Assembly: GCA_040954595.2 (NCBI GenBank) | Contig: CM082585.2 | Span: forward strand, 3,192,902-3,256,901 | Source of the DNA: Balanoglossus misakiensis | Lineage: Eukaryota > Animalia > Hemichordata | Reading direction: 5' to 3' | Length of the DNA: 64,000 nt | Part shown: in pieces, positions 37,922 to 51,372 of the stretch | Position numbering within the stretch: the first letter of the stretch is position 1 | Layout of the letters: the number at the start of each line of letters is the position of its first letter | Position numbers and translations under genes: made by a program | Notes under the pieces: generated by a model | Told to the model about the DNA's origin: nothing | The model's database searches: none | What the model saw: the letters and a program-made list of their open reading frames with translations, nothing else

Positions 37922-39341
37922 CTAGTAATCGCAGTAAAATAACACCTCACCAAAGCGAGGGATGGCATACAGACAAGCGCCGTCGGGGATGGAAAAAGAA
38001 ACTGGTTTGATCGGAACCCAGGAAAAGGGACCCGAGAATGCGTCGTCACATTCCATTTCCTGAAAAAAAGAATATAATATCAACCGTGAAAATCATTTTT
38101 GTTTTTATATTTTTATTTTATTTTATATATTTATACATTGTGTTGGCATCAAAGACAAAGCGGATTATAATAATGGTTCACAATATACAAACCTTGCAAT
38201 GATAAGCGGTGATTTCATTGGCATACAGTGTCAAATCGCAGTGCACACAACTGGTAATCAACTTGTTCCCGTCACCAGGACCCTGCATTTAATAGAATGG
38301 AAAATAAATTAGACACGTACATTATATGTTTCAATTTTGTGAAACTTTCTATTAATCGTGTATTATAAAAAACATTAGTTGATAATTTTGACAGATTAGT
38401 TACCTTTAATAGACATTTTATGTTGCGGTGTGGAGATATGAACCTTGGAGGGGTTGTCATGATCAATCTCGCTTCTACTTAAGTCATACAAATGCATTAG
38501 CAAGCAAAATCTAAGTCTTCATGGATTAAATGCATATAATCTGCTAATCGCCAAGTATTTTCAGACAAGCAATAGGGGATTTACACATCTGCAGATAGCT
38601 TTTGTTAGTTAGTTATAGGGCCGAAAAAAAAGAAATTTGATTTTTTATCAAAATGAATGGATGACTATGGAATTTTTGACTCACCAGATCGATGTCTTTG
38701 GAAAGGCGTGTGTCCAATATTCCAACAGCTGAACCATGAGTATCGTTCATGTCAATAGCGTATACAATGGAACTTCGACTTTTTTCCTCTACAAGACCAG
38801 CCCTGACGTCATTGACCTGGGCGAACAGCTCTAAAGAGTACTCCTCTGTTAATTCACAGTCTGCGTAATACATTCCATCATCTGTGTTCACATCAATCTT
38901 GCAGTTTTCACCGTGAAAATCTGGACTTCTCTCTCCATTCTCTGCATTCACCATGGATCCGTTAGCATGAAACGATATCAACACAACAATTGTTGTGGCG
39001 GCAAATCGTTGAAATGTCTGAGGTTATAAAACAAGAATTACTGTCTTACGAGTTTTTGTCGTCTTATGATATTTATGGTTTCATTATCCACATTATTCTG
39101 CTCGTTTCACAATTTTTTTTAGGCTGTGTTCACATCATGACGCTTTCAGCATTTTTATAGTAATGATTAGAAACTGCTTTCCCTTCAGTCGCATTCGCTC
39201 TGATGGCCACTTGCCATATGTGCCAAAAAGTACTAAGAATATGCAATTCTCAGGAAATCATGCATGATGCCCTGTTGTGACCCAGCTTGACTGAACACTT
39301 GCCATTTATTACATTTTATAAGAGCCATATGAACTTACCAT
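37922..39341 (-). CDS. Array gene A9, 187 aa
   Basis: Exons 39341-39339, 39017-38685, 38282-38193, 38059-37922 (TAG three codons early, after the last Cys). Confidence 0.78.
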
Positions 39342-40125
39342 TGTGTGCGTATTACATGCGAATGCAAACATCGACAGCAAGGTTCATCTCAGCTATGTTG
39401 AAACTTCTCGTGACTCCTCACTTTATATATATGCAAATTGTATTTATAAGCACCGAGCTATTTTTGTCGTAAATTTGTTTTCCTGTCTGTAAAACATTAC
39501 GTGTGGTGGCGCCATATTGAATATCTTAGCGTGCCCAGCGTTAGTAAATACCTCATAATTATTTTGTATTTCGATAAAAGTGATGTATGCAAAACAGTGT
39601 AATATAATGCTGGTACGTTTAGTACAGTTAAATATCGATGGCTGGGTATTTTTATTTTTGTTAAAGTTTTTTTTTACTTTTTGCCTTAGTTGTAGTTATA
39701 GATCGAAATGAAGATACGACGTACGAATATTTCTGCAATAGATAATACACTTTCTCACCTTTAAGAAAACTAAAAAATTTCATAGTACTACACATGTGTG
39801 GACTAAGTCACATAATCCAAAATCCACTTCATGCAGCACATACCCTTTCTTTATAGTTTTTATTATGTTCTATAAATGAAGACCAAAATGGGGATACAGC
39901 ATTCAGATGTTTCAGATGAGTACATTAGATTTTGGAGAAAAACAGTTATTCTTAGTATATTGACGTTTTAAATCAGGGTTATTGCAGAAAACAAGACGCA
40001 AGCGTTGACAAGAGACAGCAACTTATCTTCCTTTACTGACGTAATTTTCTAGACTAATACATTCCTATGAAACTCAGTACAATTTGATTATTCCATGAAC
40101 TTCAAAGACAAACCTATTTCATCAA

Positions 40126-41425
40126 TCAGGCAGCATAAAAATCGCAGTAAAAGATCTCCTCACCAAAGCGAGGGATGGAATACAGACAAGACCCACCAGA
40201 GAAGGAAGAAGTCACTGGTTTGATCGGAACCCAGGAAAAGAGACCCGAGAATGCGTCGTCACATTCAGTTTCCTGAAAAAATAGATATTTTAATTAAATA
40301 GGAAAATGGTAGCTCAGGTTTCGTCTCAACAACAGGTGAATTGATTGGTAGTCTAATATTGTATGCGCGTGCGATCCACAACAATTAAGAATAGTAATCC
40401 ACCATTTTCGGGAGATATTGTCCACCGGCCAATTGTGCAGATAGTGTGATGTCGCATATTTATATCGCGACTGCGTGCTATTTTTTTCTATTCTGCTTTT
40501 TTGTCGTAAAACAACAGTGAAAAGCTAGAATTCCCAACCCATCATTGTATTCAGGCAACATGCATTTTTGGTTTTAGATTATATTGATGTCAGAGACAAA
40601 GCCCATTATAATAATGGTTCACAGTGTACCAACCTTGCAATTATAAGCGGTAATTCCGTTGGCATACAGTGTCTGATTGCATTTCCCACAACTGGAAATC
40701 AACTTGCTGCCGTCACCAGGGCCCTGTATTTAATAGAATGGAAAATACGTTAGACAAGTACCTGATATTTATCAAAGTTTTGAAACTTTCTATATAATCT
40801 TTTTTATTATGCAAATTTGAGTAGTAATCGGTATGACAGAATAGCTAAGATTGCTAATTGAAGATTTTACTCACCAGATCCATATTATCGGAAAGGCGCC
40901 AGTCAAATATTCCAACAACTAAATAACGAGTATCGCTCATATCCGCAGCGTACGAAGTCGAATTTCGACCTCTTTCCTGCACAAGACCAGCCCTGACGTC
41001 ATTGACTTTGGCGAGCACCTCTGACGGATACTCCTCTGTTAATTCACAGTCCAAGTAATGCAATCCGTCATCTCTGTTCACATCAACATTGCATTTTTGA
41101 CCGTGAAAATCTCGAATTTTCTCCCCATCCCCTTCCTTTACCACGGCTCCACTCGCATGAAATCCATTCTCTGCATTCACCAACGATATCAACACAAATA
41201 TCGTTGCGGCAGCAAATCGTTGAAATGTCTGAGATGGAAAAACAGATTACAGAAATTATGAGTTTAGCCTATAGCGTCTTTCCCTTTTTCAAAATAGTTG
41301 CATTATTCACATTATTCTGTTCGTTTTATATACATCATGACTCTCGTAGCAAGGCGACAATTATCATAATATCAAGCAAAATGGTCTGTTCTGGCAACTA
41401 CTGGTCAGCTTACCAATGTGCGCAT
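40126..41425 (-). CDS. Array gene A10, 200 aa
   Basis: Exon 1 41425-41414 (ATG CGC ACA TTG|gtaagc), then 41228-40875, 40723-40634, 40272-40126; open frame. Confidence 0.75.
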
Positions 41426-41749
41426 GTCAGGTACTAATGTAAGCATTGACAGCAAGGTTCGCGACAGCTATGCTGAAACGTTTTAAATCGTGACTTAATA
41501 AAAACAAGATTATATTCATAAGGACCGAGATAATTTATTCAAGAATTCGTTTTTCCATAAATGTTTGTTATCCCTGCTTAGTATGTACATCATGATTGTT
41601 TTGCATTCCCATAAAGGAATTGTATACACAAAGTCCATGTATTCACAATTTGCTGGTATGTATACTGAAATTAAATATACATGTACATTGGCTGGGTATT
41701 TTTGTTACACCTTTGTGAAACGATGGTTCTAACGGGCATTTTAAGACTT

Positions 41750-41875
41750 TACTCACCAGGTCGATATTATCGGAAGGGTGCTTGTCGGATATTACAACAC
41801 TTGAGAAACTAGTATCGGCCTTAAAACGCGTAGCGTAAATATCCGATCTTCGATTTAGTTCCTGGACAAGCCCTG
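41750..41875 (-). pseudogene. Orphan 3' third of exon 2
   Basis: Reads GLVQELNRRSDIYATRFKADTSFSSVVISDKHPSDNIDL|gtgagt, with no phase-compatible acceptor. Confidence 0.7.
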
Positions 41876-42256
41876 AAATAAACTTTACTGGCATCTCGAA
41901 TTAACTGGTCTCCATAGGAAATGCCCGAGTGTATGCTGTTGCATGAGGTTTAGACCACATGTTGGCTATTGCAATGAGATGACTATTGTGGACATAAAAG
42001 TTCGCTACGCATAATTTTTTAGTTCTGTACGATAGTCAGAAAGCCACCATGTGCGCAAAGACGATTATAACTGTGGTAACATATATCTTGGCCGGCACGA
42101 ATGTAGACGGCGCAAAGAATTAAAGATACACCACTGTTAACACAAGACATATACTTTTCGTATTCATCTTTTATTGGCATAAACTTGTAAAGCTTTCCCA
42201 TGGCACCATGCAGTTTAAAGACAAATCCATCTCATCAAGATAATAATTCACCAAAA

Positions 42257-43758
42257 TCAGGACACATAGAAATTGCAATAAAATAACACTTCTCTGAAAT
42301 GAGGGTTGACCTCTTCGCAAAAGCCGTCGGAGAAGGAAGAAGTGACAGGTTTGAACGGCACCCAGGAAAAGGGACCCAGGTATGCTCTGTGACATTCTGA
42401 TACCTGAAAAGTAATGTATGTATAATTGTCGTTAGGAAAAGTTTAAATCAGGAAGAAAGGATTAATTGATTGTGAGTCTATATTGTAGGAGATCCCAACA
42501 GTGAATAAAAGGGAATTTTAATTAACGCCCCATGTTTCCAGGACTCTAGAACTAAAACGTCAGTTTAAATTGTTGTCCACCAACCTGTTTGCTAGTTTTT
42601 TTCATTTCTTCATGTTAAGCCCATGACATCATGAAAAGGCTAGAACTTCTATTCACGCCTAGCTTCAGGCAACAAATTTTTTACGTGTGTGCATTAGGCC
42701 CCTATTGATATCAAAAATAAGTTGTCATGGTTCACAATATACAAACCTTGCAATGAAAGAAGGTAACTCCGTTTTCATACAGCGTCCCATTACAATACCC
42801 GCAATCAGAAAGCGACTCAATCCCGTCACCTTGGCCCTGTAATTGATAGAACGGGAAATACATTACAGACAATTACCTGAAATTAAAAACACGATGAGAG
42901 TACGTTTGATAATTCAGACAGATTAGTTATTTGTGTTGTTGTGTTCAATGTTCATGCGGATCAAGTTCAGATTGTCCGCTAATCCCACACTATTTTCAAA
43001 TACTGTCAACAGGGGATATGCACTTGTACACAGATGAAAGAATGATTAAATAATATTTTACGCACCAGATCAATATCATCGGAAAGGCGCTTGTCTGATA
43101 TTATAAAAAAATTATAATGCGTATCGTTCTTGTAATCCATAGCCCATACAATGGAGCTTCGACTTCTTTCCTGTACAAGACCAGCTTTGACGTCATCGAT
43201 TTTGGCGACAAGCTCTGAAGGACACTGTTGTTTCAATTCGCAGTATCCGTAAGCGAATCCGTCATCTACGATCACGTCAACATCGCATCTTTCACCGTGA
43301 CAATCTCGAGTTATCTCCCCATTCTCTGCATTCACCACGGCCCCACTCGCGTGAAATCCATTGTCTGCATTAACCATGGATCCACTCGCATGAAACGATA
43401 TCAACACAACTATTGTTGTGGCGGCAAATCGTTGAAATGACTGAGGTGATAAAACAAGAATTACTGTCTTACGAGTTTTTGTCGTCTTGAAAATTTAAAT
43501 GGTTTCATCATTCTGCTCGTTTCACATTTTTTTGTTAGGCTGTGTTCACATCATGACGCTTTCAGCATTTTTATAGTCATGATTAGAAACTGCTTTTCCC
43601 TTCAGTCGCATTCGCTCTGATGGCCACTTGCCATATGTGCCAAAATATACTAAGAATATGCAATTCTCAGGAAATCAAGCGTGATACCCTGTTCTGACCG
43701 AACTTGACTGAACACTTACCATTTAGTACATTTTGTAAGTGCCATATAAACTTACCAT
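42257..43758 (-). CDS. Array gene A11, 204 aa (most divergent exons 3 and 4)
   Basis: Exons 43758-43756, 43440-43066, 42836-42747 (GQGDGIESLSDCGYCNGTLYENGVTFFHCK), 42403-42257 (VSECHRAYLGPFSWVPFKPV..FCEEVNPHFREVLFYCNFYVS*). Confidence 0.8.
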
Positions 43759-44309
43759 TATGTGCGTATTACAGACGAATGCAATCATCGGCAGCAAGGT
43801 TCACGTCCGTTATGTTGTAACTTCCTAACTCGTTACGTTATATATATGCAAATTGTATTTATAAGCATAGAGCTATTTTTGTCGTAAATTTGTTTTCCTA
43901 TCTGTAAAACATTATTTGTGGTGGCGCCATATTGGAATATGTGCAAGTAGAACAAATTCGTGTGTCTGTGATTGTACATGAAAACTGAAAGCACTAACGG
44001 CTACATGGGGACCCTTGACTCCAAAGTCGTTTGGACAATTAGGTATATGTTGAGGAAAATTCATTAATCTCGTTTTCGCATCCCTCTTGAACAAACCCTC
44101 ACTATTCTCTCCCAATTACCCACAATTCTTAAAAAAACATTGAGGTGTAAACAACGCCAACACCAGGTAATAGTAGCATAGCCATTGCTATTTTCAATTT
44201 TTGCAGGTTAATTTGCATATAATTATAATTGCTTGTGGTCATGCCCAAGATTAGTAGATACCTCATAATTATTTTGTGATCTTGTAGCCTTATAAATTTA
44301 CCATGAATC

Positions 44310-44345
44310 TTTGAATGAATGAATGAATCTTTATTCAACCAGATA

Positions 44346-44384
<39 letters not shown>

Positions 44385-44409
44385 ACAAATAAATAAATAA
44401 ATAAACAAA

Positions 44410-44452
<43 letters not shown>

Positions 44453-45952
44453 GCAAACACAGTTGAACATAAGCTTAGTGTTACACAATTACAATTCGTC
44501 ACAAAAGTAAGACAAATGAGTCTATATCTGGTTAGGACCATGGAAATAGTCCCAATGGACTAATCGAGTTCACGGCCCAGGAATTACAGTAATAAAAATA
44601 CAAAATAATCACACAGTGTTGTTGAAAAAGAAAACCTATAAGACATAACAGAAAGGTTTTCACAAATTTAATAAATATAATTTTAAAGCTCCTTGAAAGT
44701 TACATCTCGATTTTATTTGTTTGAGATGATACGGTAGTGAATTCCAGTGTTTGACTGCAGAAAAGACAATGTTATGTTGAGTAATACTAAGTCTAGCATT
44801 CGGTATTCGAAGATTGCCACAACCAGACGATCGGGTAGGATAGGTATGGGTAAAGATTTCAAAATAATTGGAAATGTTTGTTGGGAAAATATTATTTCGT
44901 GAATCAAAGATAAATAAACAGGAAGAGTATTTACAGAGTTTCGGAAGAGGTAATATATTTAGTTGACGGAATAAACGCTCGGAGTTTGCAGTGAGATAAG
45001 ACGAACAGCTTTTTTCTGTAGGCGGAGAATGGGATTTAATAAGGTAGTGTAAGTATTACCCCATATTTCTAGACAATATGTTAGACGCTGTAAGATGAAG
45101 GTTTTATAGATCATGATAAGAATTGACCTTGGTACAAAATGTCTGATGCGAGAAAGGACACAAATTTTGGGGCTGATTTTCAAAATAACATTTTTCACGT
45201 GTGAATTCCAAGTAAGTGATGGGTCAATGGAAATACCAAGATAACTTGCCGATGTAACTTAGTCGATCATATGATGAGAAAGAAATATATTGCCGTGTAA
45301 GTCAATTTTCTTTTGAGGTGTTTTTATAACCATGAAATTAGTTTTGTTGACGTTAATAGTAAGTTTGTTAGCATTACACCAAATATTTATTTTATTAAAT
45401 TCACTGTTTACATTATCGAGGTTGATGGTGTTGGAGTTGAACAATTTAAATACATTAGTGTCATCAGCGAATAATCGAAAGTTAAAATAGTTAGTTGAAT
45501 TAGCGATGTCATTAATATAAATGAGAAATAGAGTGGGGCCAAGAATTGAGCCTTGTGGCACTCCACATTTAATTTGTTGTGGCTCGAAAATTTTACCATC
45601 AATAGCAACAGCTTGTTTACGATACTGAAAATAGCTATGAAACCATTGTAATGATTGACCTCTAATTCCATAAAAATTGAGCTTCTGCAGAAGAATAGTG
45701 TGATCTATTATGTCAAATGCCTTTTTTAGGTCAACAAAAATTCCAAAAGTTGTCTGACGCTTTTCTATTTGATCCATTAGGTCAGAAATAATGTCCGCCA
45801 AAGCAAGCTTCGTACTATATTTTTTCTAAAACCGTATTGTGTCTGTAAAAGTATGTCATGTTTATCTAAAAAAGGAAATCAACTGCTTATTGACTATGGT
45901 TTCAAAAACCTTACTAAAAACAGGTAATACTGAAATAGGACGATAATTTCCT
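44310..45952 (-). mobile_element. 5'-truncated CR1-group (Crack/Daphne-like) LINE, RT region; continues at 48818-48882
   Basis: NYRPISVLP, FVDLKKAFD, GVPQGSILGPTLFLIYIND, LFADD, LTYCLEIWG; interrupted by stops and frameshifts. Confidence 0.88.
44345..44452. repeat. (AAAT)n microsatellite
   Basis: Direct reading of the sequence. Confidence 0.95.
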
Positions 45953-48785
45953 TCAAGGCACTTGAAGTGAGTGAGTATGTCATTGATCGTTATATTGATT
46001 TGCTGGCACTGACAAAAACTTGGTTAACAGAAAATCCTAATCAAACCGTCGTCAATGAATGTACCCCAAATGGTTACTCGTTTCACCAAACACCGCGTAT
46101 TACATCTACCGGCGGCGGCATAGCACTGTTACACAAATATTCGATGAAAATTACTGCCTGGAAACCATTGAAAAACGTTGATTCGTTTGAAGCAACAGAA
46201 GCTACTGTACAGCACAAAGGTATCTCTCTGAAACTGCTCATCGTTTATCGCCCACCCCCGAATAACAAAAACAAATTTACAGCATCGCAATTCCTAAAGG
46301 AGTTTGGAAATACACTTGAAAAGCATGTTCCAAATACAGGCAACCTGTTCGTTGTTGGTGACTTCAACTTGCATCTGGATGATCCGCTCAATGCTACAGC
46401 TGTGAAGTTCAAAGATCTCATCGACTCATTCGGTTTAAAGCAATGGATAAGCGACTCAACACATGTAAAAGGCCACACCCTTGACCTGATAATTACTAAT
46501 TCTGAAAAAGTCATCAAAGCAATATCCATCGATTGCCACAGTCTTTCAGATCACTTTCCAATTCATGCAAGGTTGGTATTTCAGAAACCACCGCTTGAAA
46601 GACGTCAAGTCACACATCGATGCATATCTTCTATCCCAATGAGTGATTTCATCAATGATGTTGGGTCCATTCCCGACTTTCATCACCTGCCATCAAATAT
46701 TCATAAAGCCATATCGACCTATGATTCAAAACTGTCTGCTCTTCTTGATATACATGCACCAGTTAAGAAACACACTGCCACTGTTCGTCCAGACACCAGA
46801 TGGTATAATGCTACTGTTAAACAAGCAAAGACGGATAGAAGATCTGCCGAGCGTAAATGGCGAAACACCAAGCTGGAAATCCACCGTCAAATCTACAAGA
46901 ACAGTGTCTTCACGTGACCAAATTAAGACGCCAGGCCAAACGTGACTACTATACCGACCTCATATCTGAGAATGCCAATAACCAGAGATGACTGTTCAAA
47001 CTAGTTTCTACACTTTGTACCAAGCATTCAAAATCTCTTCCTGACCATACTACACTGGGTGAACTTACAGAACGTTTCAGTGACTATTTTATAAGCAAGA
47101 TCAAGATTATTCGTGACAACCTGAACTCCATCAATTACATCCCACAGATCATCAATACAGAAACCAATACAACGACCATATTTTCATCATTCAACCAGGC
47201 AAAATCAGAAGAAATAAAAACTCTCATCATGCAGTCACCTACCAAATCCTGTTGCCTTGATCCACTTCCAACTTCGATACTAAAGAAATGCCTAGATACA
47301 CTACTTCAGTACATAACTGCGACAATAAACCTCTCTCTTCAATTGGGACAAGTACCTACAGCATTCAAGTCTGCCGTTGTCACCCCGTTACTCAACAAGG
47401 CTTCTCTGGACATTAACATCCTTAAGAACTACCGTCCAGTTTCAAACCTACCATTCCTCGCTAAAGTCCTGGAAAAAGTTATAGGCACTCAACTCACAAC
47501 TTATCTCACCGCTAACTCACTATTGGAACCACTACAATCTGCATATAGACAATACCATAGTACTGAAACTGCTCTTGTGAAAGATCATGACGACATTTGC
47601 ATTTCTCTCGACTCCGGAAAGTGTGTCATACTTGTCCTTTTGGATCTTTCAGCTGCATTTGACACCATTGACCACAGTTTACTGTTAAACCGGCTCTCGG
47701 ACCTTGGCATTACAGATGTCGCCCTCAAATGGTTCGAATCGTATCTCATGGACAGACATCAGTCAGTAATTATTGGAAATGTCACCAGTAAACCCTGTCT
47801 TCTTCAGTCCTCGGACCACTTTTGTTCACCATATACATCTCTCCACTAGGGAAACTTATTCGTCAACACGACCTGGAATTTCACCAATATGCAGATGACA
47901 ACCAATTATACCTGTCCTTCTCCCAAAATTATTCATCAACCGCTGTCAGTTCCATTGAGGCCGGTATCTGTGACATCAGGCACTGGATGACGGAAAACAT
48001 GTTGCAACTCAACGACTCCAAAACAGAAGTTATTCTCATCCGTTCAAAGTTTAACCATTCTCCAGTTCCTTTCGACAGTATCACCATTGGCTCTAGTACA
48101 ATACAACCAGTTAAATCTGCCCGCAACAGTGGAGTTACATTCGACAATATTCACATGTTTCACAATCATATTCAATTAACCTGTCAGACGATATATGCCA
48201 ACGTCGAATTGGATCCATCAGAAGATATCTCAGTAAGGAAACTTGTCTCACAGTAATACATGCCGTTTTGTCAAAACTGGATTACTGCAATGCATTGCTA
48301 TACGGACTTCCCGAATCCAGTATCAATCTACTTCAAAAAGCACAAAATACAGCAGCCAGAATTATTACCCGCACGAGGAAATCTAACCATATTTCACCAG
48401 TTCTTCATAGTCTCCATTGGTTGCCAGTTCTTTACAGACTTGACTACAAAATTCTATTACTAACGTACAACCGTCTTGCCCCGGTCTACATTCAGGATCA
48501 GATCAAGCCATATAAGCCTAGTCGTGCTCTGCGCTCCAGCTCAAGGAACCAGTTGTGTGTACCAAACTACAGACTCAAAACATGTGGTGGACTTGCCTTT
48601 TCCGTTGTCGCGCCACAACTTTGGAATTCTCTGACATCTGACATTCAACAGGCTTCTAGTCTAAACATTTGCAAACAAAAACTCAAGACATTTTTATTTG
48701 TCAAAGCCTATACGAACCCTGATAATATACTTTCAGCGCCTTTGGAAATAACATTGTTATTGATTCTGGCGCTTTATAAATGTTT

Positions 48786-48817
<32 letters not shown>
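45953..48817 (+). mobile_element. L2-clade LINE ORF2 (APE plus RT), frameshifted, nested in the CR1-like element
   Basis: YRPP, GDFNLH, GHTLDL, SDH; [60 protein letters not shown]; (TGAT)n tail at about 48789-48817. Confidence 0.92.
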
Positions 48818-48818
<1 letters not shown>

Positions 48819-49798
48819 CCTACATCAAGGGGACAACCCTTTTTTGGACAATGACGTAACTTTGGCAAGTTTTAATGGGTTTAAGGGTTTTATTCTGATA
48901 ACTCCGTGTCGAAAATACCACGTGATGAAAAAGTACACAATTGTTTACACGAGACAACTTCTTGTCTTATTTTTATTGACAGATTACAGAAATTATGAGT
49001 TTTTAGCGTCTTTCCCTTTTCAAAATAGTTGTTCACATTATTCTGCTCGTTTTACATACATCAGTGTTAACGTCATTACTCTCGTAGCAAGGCGACAATT
49101 ATCATAATCTCAAACAATATGGCCTGTTGTGGCAAAACCTGATTGAACATTAACATTTTTGTACATTGATATAAGTGCAAATACTGACCAGCTTACCAAT
49201 GTGCGCATGTCAGGCACTGATGTAAACATTGACAGCAAGGTTCGCGACAGCTATGTGGAAACGTATTGAATCGTGACTTAATAAAAACAAGATTATATTT
49301 ATAAGGACCGAGATAATTTATTCAAGAATTCATTTTTCCATAAGTGTTTGTTATCCCTGGTTAGTATGTACATCATGATTGTTTTGCATTCCCATAAAGG
49401 AATTGTATACAAAAAAGTCCATGTATTCACAAATTGCTGGTACGTATACTGAAATTAAATATACATTGGCTGGGTATTTTGGTTAAACGGTGGTTCTAAC
49501 AGACATGTCTTGGCCCTTAGAAGCATGGTGCTTCTTACGGTCAATTTTGGATCTTAGAAGCACGGGTTATAGCCCATGAAAATTATAAAATTTTACAAAT
49601 TCCCGACTTTCTGAATTTTGGTGATTTTGTCATTTTTGGACATTTTGCATGGGTTATATAGCTCATGAAAATTGTCAAAAATTGACAAATTCCCGAATTT
49701 CTGAAGTTGCACCAATCAACACCAGTCAGTACCAATTTCAAGAAAGCGACAAAACTACAATTCCTTTTTAGACATTATTTAATCCATTCCTCTAAAAG

Positions 49799-51372
49799 TC
49801 AATACAGTTCGATAATAATTATTTCCGAGAATACCTCGTCACATTCCGTTTCCTGAAAAGGGATGGGAAAGGGTTGATCGTTAATTATTTACAGATGGGA
49901 AAGTCTACAGTGAGACAGGTGGATGACATTCGGTGGCGTTTTTTTAAGGGCTGAATTGATTGGTAGTCTATCTTCTATACACAACGGAAATTTCCCATAT
50001 CTACTCAGACATGTTTCCCAGACTCTAGTATGTTGAAATATTCCACCGGCCTGTGCGTGCTATTTTTCAATTCTGGTTTTTTTTTTTTTTTTTTTTTGGC
50101 CTGCGAAAACAACACAGAAAAAACTAGAAATATGGTTTCTATCCTGTCCAGATTTTCAAGCAACATGCATTTTGATATTGTATTATATATTTATATCAAA
50201 GACAAAGCGCGTTATAATAATGGTTCACAATACAAACCTTGCAATGATATGCGGTAATTCCGTTGGCAACCAGTGTCTCATTGCATTTCCCACAACTGGT
50301 AATCAACTTGCTTCCGTCACCAGGGCCCTGTATTTAATAGAATGGGAAAGTTCCTGATATTTATCAAAGTTTTGAAACTTTCTATGTAATCGTTTATTAA
50401 AAACTAGTAAGAGCATTACTTGATAATACTGACAGATTAGTTACTTTTAACAAAAATATTTGGTTGCGGTGTTGAGATATGAACCTTTGAGGGGATCTCA
50501 TGATAGACTTCAATTCTACATAAACTAAATAATTTCAGACAGTCAATATAGGATTTATAATACACGTCGGCAGACAGCTTTTTAGTCCCCAAACGGCGAA
50601 AGGATGGTAAGACTTTACTCACCAGGACGATATTATCGGAAAGGTGCTTGTCGGATATTAGAACACTTGAAAAACTAGTATCGGTCGTAAAACCCGTAGC
50701 GTGTGTAATTGAACCTCGACTTCGTTCCTGCACAAGACCAGCCCTGACGTCACTGACTTTGGTGAACAGCTCTGAAGGATACTCCTCTGTTAATTCACAG
50801 TCAAAGTAATTCAATCCGTCATCTGCGCTCACATCAACCTTGCATTTTAAACTGTTCTCCCCATCCTCTCCCTTCATCACAGCTCCACTCGCATGAAATC
50901 CATTCTCTGCATTAACCATGGATCCACCCACATGAAACGATATCAATACAACTATTGTTGCGGCGAAAAATCGTTGAAATGTCTGAGAAAGAAAAAAAAC
51001 CAGATGAACCTGAAATTATAACTTTATGTCGTTTTTTTCTTATTAAACTTGTTGCCTTATTTGCACTATTCTGTTATTACAATGAACTAGTAAAATGCAT
51101 ATTGTTTAAATTAAACAGAGCAGACCACAAATTACGGTACTTCACTGTGTAATGGAAGACACCTTTTCACAATTTCCTACTCAGTCACGATTAGAAATGG
51201 TTGTCACTTTGGTCGAATTCGCTGTTTCCCTAGTGGCTTCTTGCCTACTGCAGTCTTTGTCAAAAAGTACCAATACGACAATGATCAGGAAATCAAACAC
51301 GATGCCCTGTTCTGGCCAAGCTTGACTGGACACTTATTCCATGATTCTATAAGTGTTGTATGAACTTACCAT
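49799..51372 (-). pseudogene. Array gene A12, exon 4 truncated by a deletion
   Basis: Exons 51372-51370, 50982-50623 and 50327-50238 match A13. Exon 4 (49852-49799) reads ETECDEVFSEIIIIELY* and loses the last two Cys. Confidence 0.72.
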
